Assembly: GCA_012295275.1 (NCBI GenBank) | Contig: CM022671.1 | Coordinates: forward strand, 10,478,001-10,542,000 | Direction: 5' to 3' | DNA from: Chrysomallon squamiferum | Lineage: Eukaryota > Animalia > Mollusca | Length of the DNA: 64,000 nucleotides | Shown here: piece by piece, positions 1-11,713 of the stretch | Layout: each line of letters begins with the position of its first letter | Position numbering within the stretch: the first letter of the stretch is position 1 | Translations under genes and position numbers: made by a program | The notes under the pieces: generated by a model | What the model saw: only the letters and a program-made list of their open reading frames with translations | What the model was told of the DNA's origin: nothing | Databases searched by the model: none

Positions 1-1669
1 GGAGTAAAATGAGTACTAAATTACTTGAAATGCCAAAAGTGAAGTGTGCTGACAGAGGCAAAAAGTCAAAACATCTGGAAATAGAAAAGACACTTTTTGA
101 GTCGGTTCAAGCAAGTAGACAAGTAGGCTATATAGTTACAAGGGGTGCTATCCGTTTACAAGCACTTAAGTTAGCTAAGAAGGCAGGAATTACGGATTTT
201 AAAGCCAGTCCTGGTTGGTGCACGCTGTTCATGAAAAGGCATCATTTAGTCTTAAGACAAAAAACCAAAATCGCCCAGCGCTTACCCAGAGAGCTTGATG
301 ATAAAATAACAAGTTTTCACAGATTTGTTATCCGTCATAGAGAGAAAAACAAGTATGCTTTGACATGTATTGGCAACATGGATGAAATGCCAATGACGTT
401 TGACATGCCATCGAATAGAACTGTTAACAAGATAGGAGAAAAAACCGTGCTAGTGAAAACAACAGGCAATGAAAAGTCAAAATTCACCGTTATTTTAGGC
501 TGTATGGCAGACGGAACGAAGTTAAAACCTATGGTAGTTTTCAAGCGCAAAACTATGCCAAAAGAAAAATTTCCAAAGGGCATATTAATACACGTACATC
601 CAAAAGGGTGGTTGGATGCGGCCGGATGCAAGCTCTGGGTTAACCAAGTGTGGAGCACTCGTTCAGGTGGATTACAAAAAGAAAAGTCTTTGTTAGCATG
701 GGACATGTTCAAAGCACACCTGGTTGATTCTGTAAAAGAAGCTGTAAGATGAGAAAATACAGATTTGGCAGTCATCCCTGGGGGCCTGACAAGCATTTCA
801 CAACCTTTGGATGTCTCAATAAATAAGCCGTTTAAAGACACTGTTCGGCATTTTTGGAATCAGTGGATGCTAAATGGGGACAAGACATTCACAAAAGGTG
901 GCAATATGAGAGCACCATCACTAGTTACAGTGTGTGAGTGGGTACGTGACGCCTCGCAGCAGTTGGACCCGGCTATAATTGTTAAGGCCTTTCTGAAGTG
1001 TGGAATTTCAAATGCACTAGATGGGACGGAGGATGACTATTTATGGCGCGAACCCAATGCCCTTGCTGATTCCGTTCAAGAAAATAGTCCCACAGGAGAG
1101 GATTCTGGGAATGATGACCCACTTGACAGTGACGATGATCTTTATGATGATGCAATTAACACTGGCGGTATTGAAGAGTGGAATGAACTTTTTGGGGCAA
1201 GCGATAGTGATGGCGAAAAATGACTTTGAAGTCTTTGAATAAACTTTTTGTTACACTAGATTATAGTATTACCTGGTAAATGTTGGATGTTTTGGAATTA
1301 AAATGTTTGTATTGTTGCAATGTTTCATAATTACCAGGATATATAGATCAAGGTCTATTTAAAAATGCGTGTGGATTTCCAGGCATTAGACGTAATTCAG
1401 TATTTAATTAAATTTTGTAGATAAATTCCAAAAGATGTGTTGTTTTATTATTTATTACGGTATTTTACATGAAGGGGCAATTCAAAGTAAGATAATTTGA
1501 AACCTCAAAGACAGTGATTATTTTAGATGCATCCCGTGTAGCAAAAAATAGTCAAAATGGCGACTCTTCAGCAACAGCTACAAAAGCATTACCTATGTAT
1601 AAGTCGACCCCCAAAATATTACCTTAATATAGTCTCCCAAAAATTCGACTTATACACAAGTATATATGG
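1..1669 (+). mobile_element. pogo-superfamily DNA transposon (DD35D, Passer/POGK-like); 5' end lies outside the window
   Basis: Transposase ORFs 9-1223; right TIR ...TCGACTTATACACAAGTATATATGG ends at 1669, followed by TA (1670-1671); same terminus as the MITE at 2737-3597. Confidence 0.92.
9..1223 (+). pseudogene. pogo transposase (CENP-B-type HTH + DDE_1) with one in-frame stop
   Basis: Motifs FKASPGW..F..RH, GNMDEMP (D1), WDMFKAH (D2), IPGGLTS.SQPLDVSINKPFK (D3; 35 residues after D2); TGA at 750-752 interrupts an otherwise continuous frame; acidic C-terminal tail. Confidence 0.93.
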
Positions 1670-1671
1670 TA

Positions 1672-2555
1672 TATATATATATATATTACATATTTTTATA
1701 ACTTTTAATTTTCTATTTCTATACACGCATTTTGTTTAATAAAAATAAAAATTATTACAACAAATACAATAATATGCTACAGCTCATTCAGGTTAATATA
1801 TTCTCTAAAGCTCTAAACTCCTGAAAGATAAACTTAATTATGAGGCTATTATACTAAAATTAATGATACAGTTTTCTTTTCTTTATTTAGTTCACATTAT
1901 CATATTTCAGAAATGTCTAAATGATATAAATTGAAATATCTGAATAAATGTTTAAGATAACAACTGTTGAAAACAATGATAGTTATTGCCAGAAACAGTG
2001 AATGATTCACAAAAATGAAGTTGTGTCAAATGCAGTTTCATTTCATTCTTATTTAATATTTTATCTGATTACTTTTTTAAAATACATATCCACTCCAAGA
2101 AAAAGGAAATTTGACAAAGCAGGAAAAAGAAGAAATTAACTATAAGAAATCAATGAATTTATAACAGATTTAGTTAATGGGCAAGTCTGTTAGAGATTGA
2201 GCAGCCAAATTTTAGATGATCTCCAATATATCAATAATATCACAGGCAATGCAATATCATTGATACTATTACTTCATATTTTTAATTTTATAATATCCCT
2301 TGTTCTCATTGCTTCTTTCTGGGAGTGAAAAGTTGTTTTGTTTCAGAGATTATGATACAATGTGTTAGTAACAATTTGATAAATTTTAATTATAATAATA
2401 CACACTTAATCAAATATTTCCAGAAATGCCTTGATGCATAGATTAATACCAACATTATATTAGTTTGAAGTAATATTTAATCTTATTTGAACAATGAAAT
2501 TAATAATTTAAGCAACTGTTTAAAGACAACTATCAGTTAAAATGGTTTCAAATTT
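1672..2555 (-). repeat. Local low-copy repeat family R1, inverted relative to the other copies
   Basis: Reverse complement aligns by eye to ~55712-56615 and to copies at 17275-18010 and 23555-26470 (shared strings TTTCCTTTTTCTTGGAGTGGATAT, GAATCATTCACTGTTTCTG, GCTCAATCTCTAACAGA). Confidence 0.8.
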
Positions 2556-2736
2556 GTACTAGCTTAAATTATGTTATGTACTGAAATAAAGGCAGCAAAC
2601 AATTCCAGCCACTGTGAAACCCACGAACGATAACTCCAGTGAATAATTTATCACATGTCAGTTCTTTCAAAGAAATAGTTCGCAGTTTCAATAAAAGTTT
2701 AAATTTCTAAGGTATAAAACATGCTCACTTTTATTA

Positions 2737-3597
2737 CCGTATATACTTGTGTACAAGGCGACCTTATGTATAAGTCGATGTGTATTTTAAGACCAAAAAT
2801 TGTGTCATTTTAGGTATTACTTGTGTATAAGTCGACTGTAGATTCCAGGCACCGTCACTATTTTTAGACCAGTGTGACAGTGCCAGGAAGGCCTACATTG
2901 TACGCCTACTGTAACATAACTGGCACGAGCTGTAAGTTGCACGTGCAATTCAAAGTAAGATAATTTCGGAACCTCAGCAATATTTTTTTCTATCGAAACT
3001 CTGCTACAAGACACACCCCCGATCCTATTCCTAGCGTGCTAATTGGCCGAGGCTTCGCGCACTTGGCAACCGACTAGAATAACAAATATGGCGAGAAGTT
3101 GAACTGATTTTTGTTGCAGAACGTTTATAGAAATTTAGTTTGTTTTCGATTTGTCGGTAGTGGATATTAATTACGATTGCAATATTATTTCACCAAATTC
3201 TTTACAATTACACAAGTGAGTTTTGTTTATGAAATTAGGACAATTTGGCAGAGAAGTCTGCATTCCTAGATCATTGCAAGACGCCGTAAGGCATAACACC
3301 GTACTGACGGTTTTCTCTCTTTAAAATGTACTTTTATGCCATTAAACGGAAGAATATAATGTTTTACATTCATATTTGGTTTTGTTATTTAATTTTTCCA
3401 AATTGTTTTTACGATAAAATTACATTTTTGAAAAGCTGAAAGACCGCGATTATTTTAGATGCATCCTGTAGCAAAAATTAGTCAAAATGGCGACTCTTCA
3501 GCAACAGCTACAAAAGCATTACCTATGTATAAGTCGAACCCCAAAATATTACCTTAATAGTCTCCCAAAAATTCGACTTATACACAAGTACATACAG
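2737..3597 (+). mobile_element. Non-autonomous pogo derivative (MITE, 861 bp) of the element at 1-1669
   Basis: TA|CCGTATATACTTGTGTACAAGGCGA ... TCGACTTATACACAAGTACATACAG|TA; 3440-3597 is nearly identical to 1508-1669, and 2947-2977 matches 1478-1507. Confidence 0.9.
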
Positions 3598-3847
3598 TAT
3601 TTAAAAAAAGCACACATTTGAAAACTGTAGCAAAATTAAAATTTCAAGTATGTAATGCAATTTATTTTAGAAATATGGTGTTTGTTATGCATCATTTTGG
3701 ATCAGACATATTGTTTGCTAGCTCAGTAGCTGCATTTGAGGAAAATCAAATTTATAATATCTGTTTGCTATATTCTCAATCACCATTTCTAATCTTTTTA
3801 TATCCAGTGATAATTTTTGATAATGAGCAAATTTGTCTTATTTTCAG

Positions 3848-6800
3848 ATTCCAGTCGTTCCTTTTCGAGACTGGTTGTTAGAAGGAGATGGCAGCAGAAG
3901 TCTGTTAACAGTAACAATCTATTTAAAAAATCAAAGCCATTCACGTAAGTTTAAAGTTAATCCTATTTCAAATAGTGGATCATAACCTTATGTCTGGCTA
4001 TTGAAAATATATTTAACACAGGTCTTAACTATTAGGGATGCTTCTATAAATGGACTGCATAAACCACTTCGATTGTGGCCAACAGATAATTAAATGCTAT
4101 AACATAAATAACTATATATCATCGAATCCATAATAAGAGCACATTTAGAAAATGAATGGACATGTGCATCAACTAACTGGGTTTAAGGGCACTGGGGTGT
4201 TTTCCAGAGTGTGTACCTGTAAGTTGTCATTGGCATTACTGACCTTCTTTTTGCAGACAAAACTAAACATAAATCTCTACATGTGGCTTAAACCATATTA
4301 GTACCTAGTATTAGGAACTGCACAGACATTTGTGCCATGAAATTCGGTTTAAGAGCAACAGGGGTTTCAGTTGGGGTGTTGCTGTAAGTCGTCATTGGCA
4401 ACATTGATCTTCCTTTTGCAGACAGAACTAAATGCTGTGACATAAATCTCTATATGTGGTATAAGACCATATTAGTAGTATGTAGTATTGGGAACTGCAT
4501 AGACTTTTGCAATATTTTAATCTATGCTCTTTTCAGCTATGTTGAAAGTGATTGGCCTCAGCTGCACATGGAACCTGTTGTAGATGATAAGGCAAGTTTT
4601 TACAAGAGTTGCTGTTTATTTCCTTTTTGTAATTTAATTTAGATTAGAGTCTTGAACATTTTTGATGCATTATTTTGTGCAGGTAATGTTCTTTCTGTTT
4701 ATGTTCTTACATGTATCAGTAATTCTAATAAACTTTATTGGTGTGTATGTGTTCTCACTAACTGATATATCAGAACTGCCACTTTAAAATAAACTATTAT
4801 TTTGGCTATTTGTTATCTTTTTCATGAGCAGATCATAGGCACATTCTTAACTTTCACATTTGCTTCTCAGATTTTTTCATAATATTATAATAAGTTGTAG
4901 CAATTCAGATATTTCTTCACTTTATTTTTGCAGTGTATGAAAAGTGGAAAATGTCAGTCATTTATTGAAATTCCTAACCCTCAGATGGATTTTTATTGAA
5001 GAACAGTGTTCATGTACTTTGCTGTGATAAAGGATATTTTTTGTCAATCTTGTTTTATTTTTAATAAGACGATAACAAAACATTTCAGACTGATATGTCA
5101 GATGAAGATCAGACTTGTGAAGAGGAGCAAGTTTTTGATGACAATGTTTATGAGATAGTTACACGAGAAGATGATACCTCTGATGATTATGATAATGATT
5201 TCCCATTATGGGAAAAAGTGAAGAAGAGAAAATCTCAGGAAAGATTATATTGATGCTTTTTCCTATCCACACACACCATACACAATTAAACTCAGTTAAA
5301 ACCTACTTACAACTTTTGTTTTACATTTGTAAGCAGTATATACTTTAGTCAGTTCTTTTACTGAGATAAACAGTCTATCGACAGAAGCCAGTAATGAAAG
5401 ATGTGATGGTTCAAAATGGGTAATAAAATCATTAACAAAAGACTTGTTACACTGAATCATTTACTGTTATAAAATTTCAACTGTTTACCTTCATTTCAGT
5501 TTGCTAATGTTTTTTATAATTAACCATAATAACCAAAACATAGTGATAAATGTTTCACATATCAGTTAGTTCAGAATTATGATGGGACTGTTCTTTTGCT
5601 ATAGTGTAGCATTTTATATAAATATGACCACAGAAATAAATAAATACGTAATTTCATGTGATTTACAAAATCATGCGAAATCATTTAGTTCATAGTTACA
5701 AGACAAAACTGATAATGTTCAGTTAAAGAATTTGTTCATAGTTAAAGTGTCCTTTGCTGATATGAACACAACTATCATGTACATTTTACATTTTTACAAG
5801 TTATGTTTTATTTTGGGTTTTTTATATTATTTATTTTTCCTTTATTTTTTCTTTATGTTTTCATTATTTTTATTTTTTTCCCTGCAAATCAATATTAATA
5901 ATAAAGTATATATATTAAGGTTTACATTTCAGAAATATATTAGTCTTGATATGACTGTGTAATTTTTTTTTTTTTTTATTCTGAAGATTGTTTTCATCTA
6001 ATGTGGAGTACAGGTTTAAGCTGCTTTTTTTTTTATATGTTCTTGTTGTTTTTTTGTAATTTACAAATTAAGGCTTGAAATGATTATTTATTTAATCATT
6101 GTGTTAGTTCATACTAACCAAAATTTTCAAGTTCTATCATTTTTTTTTTCATATAACAAAACTTGATTTACTAATACCATGGACAAACATAGTCTGCTGA
6201 TGAATAGTAATAACATAAAAGAAATAAGAGAATTGCTACATGATATTTTTGTGGTTTTGACCTCCAGTCACGTATATTTCTATAATGCATACTTCATAGA
6301 CAAATTAATTCGTAAAATCAACTCTTTTCAAACATCGGTTTCAGAAGAATGTTCTGATTTTGATGAATATAATTTTAAACAAGTAGACATGAAAATGTTC
6401 CAACCTGGTTACCATACAGAGGAGGAAGAATTTCTTAATTTAGCTGAAAACTCTCCTTTTAAGGCATTTTCTGAAGTTATCTTAGAAAATGTTAAGAAAA
6501 TTTGCTTGGCATGTAAATTTGTTGAAAATAGTAATGTCAATACATATTTTGCCATTATGGTCCAATATACTTTTGACAAATATAGCACAGACAGAAAAAT
6601 CTGCATCAGAAATTCCCAGTAGTAAAAACTTCATTCATGAGCAGATGAAAACAACTAGTACAATTGAAAACAGGTTTACAATTCTGAAGTATATTGGACT
6701 GCAAGGCAGAACCCATTATAGACAGGATGATTTTTCAGAAAAATTGCATAATCTGACTGTTTCAGTGCAAAAATTGGCAGCTGTAGATTGTATGAAAGTG

Positions 6801-8953
6801 AACAAATATTTAAGGAAGATAAAGAAATCAATTGGCAAAAAACAAAATCAGAAATGTGGGCCATATCAAAACAGTAACCTGATAATTTTAAGAAGAAAGG
6901 TACTTTTCAGCAAGCACCCAAAAATAAAATTGAAACAACATAGAATACCACTAAAATATGGAACAAATCCAGTCTAGTGTATGATCACTGCTTCAAAAGT
7001 GTGCATTATAGTCATGAGAAAAATGTAAAAACTGTTGACCAAGATGTCACTGATTTAGGATTCATCTGCAGACCTATGAAGAATTTTGGCAACACCTGCT
7101 GGTTTAATGCAGTGATGCAAGCCCTAGCAGCAAGTGATTTAGCATGTTTAATTCTTTATGAAAATAAATGTCAGCCTGTAACTGTATATTCTGATAATAA
7201 TGTAAAATTACCACTTCAGAGAGCAGAAGAAAGTGTGATGGAAATACTGAAAAATTTGAAAGATGAAAATAAACACTGCAAAGAGGTACCAGATGTTATT
7301 TTACACAATGCAATAGTAAATGTTGCTTATGCAATGGGAACAAATATTAATGGTCAGCAAGATGCTAATGAGTTGTTTACTAAAAGTACTGGCAATCTAA
7401 CTGAAAGGGTTCAAGGTAGTATTATTTTGCAACACGAATATATTTGTTTACAGTGTAGCTCAACAACATTCAGTGAAAATAATTATGGGCATTTCATAAC
7501 ATGTCACCTTGATGCAATGGGCCACAGTTCTGTGCAACAGTTATTTGACAATTCTATTAAATCAGAGACAGTGAGAAAAAATTCAAATTATATTCATATT
7601 CCTCACAATTTTTCACAGAATGTAATGATCAGAGTAAAAATGCAGAAAAATCAGAAATTAAATATCAGCTGAAGGGTATTGTCTGTCATCATGGAGATTC
7701 CTGTCACGGAGGTCGCTATACCACACTTATTGAACATCAGTTTGTTTCATGTGATGATAATTCTCTGTCTTTTTCAACTGACAACTTTACTCATACATGC
7801 TACATGTTATTCTGTGAGAGAGTAGACAAACATTTGCCATTATATACTGAACCTGTTATTAATGCATTGTGCATAAGCAATGGTTTCAAGGCTTTAAAAT
7901 GTAGCAATATTTTTTCTAGTTCGAGGATAATTCAGTGTTTGTATCTGATAAATACACTAAGGAAATAGAAAATGACATCAAAATACATATTTGGCACAAA
8001 ATAGAAAAATATGAAAAACATTTCATTATTATAAACCCATGTGAATTTTTATACTTGTATTTAAACCATATAAACTGACTATTGCAGAGAATTTTTAAAC
8101 ACTTGGTTTGAACTATTATAAATGCAAGGAATGTAATGAAAAGTATGCATGTTCTGACACTGTTTTCACCGTTCAAGTTGAAACATTTCTAATCAGGAAG
8201 TCACTAAACATATCATGAGAGCAAATAAAAACGATGAAGATAATTGTACATGATATGAAAACAATTTCCTTGTGTTTGTAACAACTTTACCAAAGACTTT
8301 AATTGTTATTATATCAGATTGTACAAGTGTTAGACACAAGGCGATTAACCAAATAACATTACATGATGTCAAGACTGCCACAATTGTTGATGGAACATCA
8401 TACAAGCTAAATTCACTTGTGGCAGAAAAGAATGGAGAATGGATTCTTGTTTGTTGTGATGGTTTACTAAAAATGGAAGTAAAAAATGGTGAAATGAAAC
8501 CTGTAAATGACATAAATGTAACAGATTTACAAACATGCAGATCACTGTTATTATTTTCCAACAAAAATATAATAAACAGAGTATAATGAGAGACATTACA
8601 TTTTAGTAAGAAAAAATTGATTAAGAAACAAACAGAGCTCCTCATTGATTATAATCCAATAAAGAAGCAAACACTGGAATATGTTGTTAGCACTGAAATT
8701 GATGGTGTAACAGTAAATGCAGATTTCTTAAACAATATTCTTCAACATGATTGCTGCCTTAATAGTAGCCACATTAATGTATTCATGTCTGTACTATAAA
8801 AACAACTGAAAAATCAAAATAATCACAGGGTAGATTGTGGTTGGTTCAGTCAGAAGATTTTAGTTAATGGTGATAGAGATCAACCTAGATGGACATTTCA
8901 CATTACAGAAAGTAAAAGTAAAAGATAGTTTCATTATAAATATGTTGTTGTAC
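3848..8953 (+). pseudogene. Decayed NOF/Mutator-like transposase gene with C-terminal USP (peptidase C19) and start of a Ulp1 (C48) domain
   Basis: Putative 5' exons 3848-3944, 4537-4591 (GC donor) and 5089 onward (the last two join in frame: YVESDWPQLHMEPVVDDK|TDMSDEDQ...); LPLWS...TTSTIENRFTILK...R.DDF resembles the MULE/NOF catalytic-Glu region; USP Cys box KNFGNTCWFNAVMQAL, QQDANE, His box IVCHHGDSCHGGRYTT, CDD; Ulp1 start CLNSSHINVFM. Many frameshifts and stops; truncated at ~8953. Confidence 0.7.
4194..4508. repeat. Two-copy ~165 bp tandem duplication inside a putative intron
   Basis: 4194-4330 vs 4361-4508 share CTGTAAGTYGTCATTGGCA...TTTTGCAGACA...CATAAATCTCTA...CCATATTAGTA...GGAACTGCA. 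Confidence 0.8.
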
Positions 8954-8959
8954 ATCCGA

Positions 8960-9390
8960 ATTAACAGGTCACTACAAAGGTGTTTTTTTGCATTTTTAAA
9001 GAAAGCTGTAGCCAGTGTTTTTACAATACATTGCTTAATTCATCAGCAACATCTGGTTGCCAGGAACTTAAGTGATCAGCTTCATAAATCCCTTGATGTT
9101 GTCATTAAGGCAGTAAATAAAATAAACTGTCAAACCCCTCAGTTCCCGAGTGTTTCGACAACTCTGTAACAACAATGATGAAGAATTTGATCACCTTCTA
9201 TTATATACTGAAGTGAGGTGGTTATCCAAAGAAATCTGTTTAAAATGATTTTATTCTCTTTTCAACAGCATAGTGCAATTTCTCCAGGAAAATAAATGTA
9301 ATCATTTGAGTGATTATCTTTTAGCAAACAAAACAGACATTGCCTATTTAACAGATCTATTCACCATATTCAACGATCTCATCATTTTCA
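8960..9390 (+). mobile_element. hAT (Buster/Charlie-type) transposase internal fragment, a different family from 57447-60106
   Basis: FTIHCLIHQQHLVARNL..LHKSLDVVIKAVNKI, then frameshifted EEFDHLLLYTEVRWLSK and DIAYLTDLF; no TIRs seen. Confidence 0.85.
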
Positions 9391-9393
9391 GCC

Positions 9394-9855
9394 AAAGTAT
9401 TTGCAGGTCATAATATCTTTAGTGTACATACTATTAATATACTATGTCACATATATTGTATAATATGTGCACAATGTGAATATGTATGTGTGCATAACGT
9501 AAATATGCTGAGTAACATATGTCTTGAACATGTTTAAGCTGAATATGGTTTACTTCGAACAGTTAAAGATAAAGGTAATGTTCACATATTCTATTTCCTG
9601 AATATAAATGAATTACTCGAATGTAAAATATGTTTTTCTTAAATTATATTGCTGAATAAAATGATATATTTATAATATTTTTGTTGTTTTCTTTTACAGA
9701 AGCAAGCCATGAGAATTAACAAAAAAAACATCAAGCCCATTTTTTTTTTTTTTTTTTAATAGATAGATGAAATTGATGTAAAATTGTTTATTATTGGTCG
9801 GTTGTTTTGTAATGAAAAGGAAATGTTTATGAATTAGAAATGACCAGATTAAATC

Positions 9856-9901
<46 letters not shown>

Positions 9902-10447
9902 GAATAAGAATACGAATAACAATAATAACAATAACTGTAATAATATTCTAATAATAATAATAATAATGTTGATGATAATGATTATGATGATGATAATAAT
10001 GAAAAAGGTAAAAATCTACAACAAAAAGCTTATTCTGCTTTCCTTTGATGTTACATAACTGATTTAGGAACAATGTGCTCTGCCTCTGAATGTTAGAAAG
10101 AAATCAGATGTATGTACTGGATTCATGGATGGATGGAAGGATGCTATGTAAGTACTTTATCACCAGAAGAGTGTGTGAGATGACAAACAATATGACCAGA
10201 ATACTTTTCCAAAAAAGTAAAATTGTAATTTGTGTTACAGTACATAATATTTTATATTATATGATTGTATAATTTCAGCAACAAAAATGGAAATCGTTTG
10301 TTCTTTAACTGATGATTTCTAATATACGATTACAGTATCACACTTTATATGACTGTACTTTGTGACTTAAACTAATGCTTTTTAAACCATTTCCATGTCA
10401 TTTGAAATAAAGTCTTACATTCATCTGCAAATATCATTCACCACGTT

Positions 10448-10481
<34 letters not shown>

Positions 10482-11589
10482 AAACACAGAAACTGCATGT
10501 ACCTAGAGGTTCAAAATGTAGTAGTGTGCCATTTATATATATATATATTTATTTAACTGAAAGTTCTGCATGTAAGTAAATTTGATTCGAGAACAAATTT
10601 CTTTTTATGTAGAGAAAAAAAAAACTGGTTCTACTAACCTCTCTTACTTCAGGGTGCTTTCTTTTGACTTTTGCTGATAATGTCCTTAAACCATTCGGTA
10701 TCCTTTCCAATAATGTTTTTACTGCTGTTGCCATCATGATTATACACCGGTATTCTGTACGTTTTGACCAAGATATACACTGATACAGCCTGTGCCAATG
10801 TCGGTTTAAATCGAATTTTAATGTAAACAGAATTGTCCGATTATGTTGAAAACGGAAACACGAGAAGTTAGAACTCTTGACTTGCTGTCAAAATACGGAA
10901 TTGCCCCAACATTAAATAAAATTAATATGGTTCATTTAAAATTTACATTATATTACACGTGTTGAAATTTTTAGCTGGAGGCTGACATATTGGAGAAATA
11001 GCGAGGGACGTAACTCTGAAATGTTTAAGAAAGAAAATAAAAACAAACCGCCAAGAGTCCATTCTATGTTCAACTTGTTAGAAAAATGAAACGCGGCACT
11101 GATGACGGAAGAAATTTATATTAAAAACACTCAAAGACATACAATTCTCGTTGATATCTTATCTGTTTAAGACAGTGTGGGGTTTTTATTTATTTATTTA
11201 TTTATTTATTTTTTTATTTATTTTTGCGGGTTTTTTTTTTTAGTGGCGTTTATTCCCGTTTTTTTTTTTCCTTATTGTTTTCTTTCATCATTATACTTTT
11301 TCATTTAAATTTTTTTTAAATTTTAATTTTGTTGTTGTTGTTGTTAATTCTTTTAACATGTACACATAATAATAATAATAATAATAGGCTTATTTGTAAA
11401 ATAACTTTCTTAAAGGGTTTCAATTCTGTTTATGCCTAATGAAGTACATTTGTCGGTATTTTTGTACAAGTCAAACGTCTTCATTTCATTAATGTTTATT
11501 GACGATATATTAAACTTACAAAACTAATAATGAACAAGCAAGGCACGGAGTTATAAAATGCTTTTATAATGCGCTATATATTTTTGACA

Positions 11590-11590
<1 letters not shown>
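9394..11590 (+). repeat. Segment B, left copy of inverted duplication (partner 49220-52631)
   Basis: Reverse-complement identity throughout, e.g. AAAGTATTTGCAGGTCATA (9394) vs 52613-52631 and TATTTTTGACAG (11579-11590) vs 49220-49231. Confidence 0.92.
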
Positions 11591-11645
<55 letters not shown>

Positions 11646-11713
11646 CAACATCATCAGTGTTGTTATTTTGTATAGTTCTTATTATTATTATTTGTATTGT
11701 TATTATTTTGCAG

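Noticed and set aside
335-841. Antisense ORFs over the pogo, LINE, USP and hAT regions (also 19802-20194, 20426-20794, 8193-8645)
   Set aside because: Shadows of the real coding strand, with no recognisable motifs.
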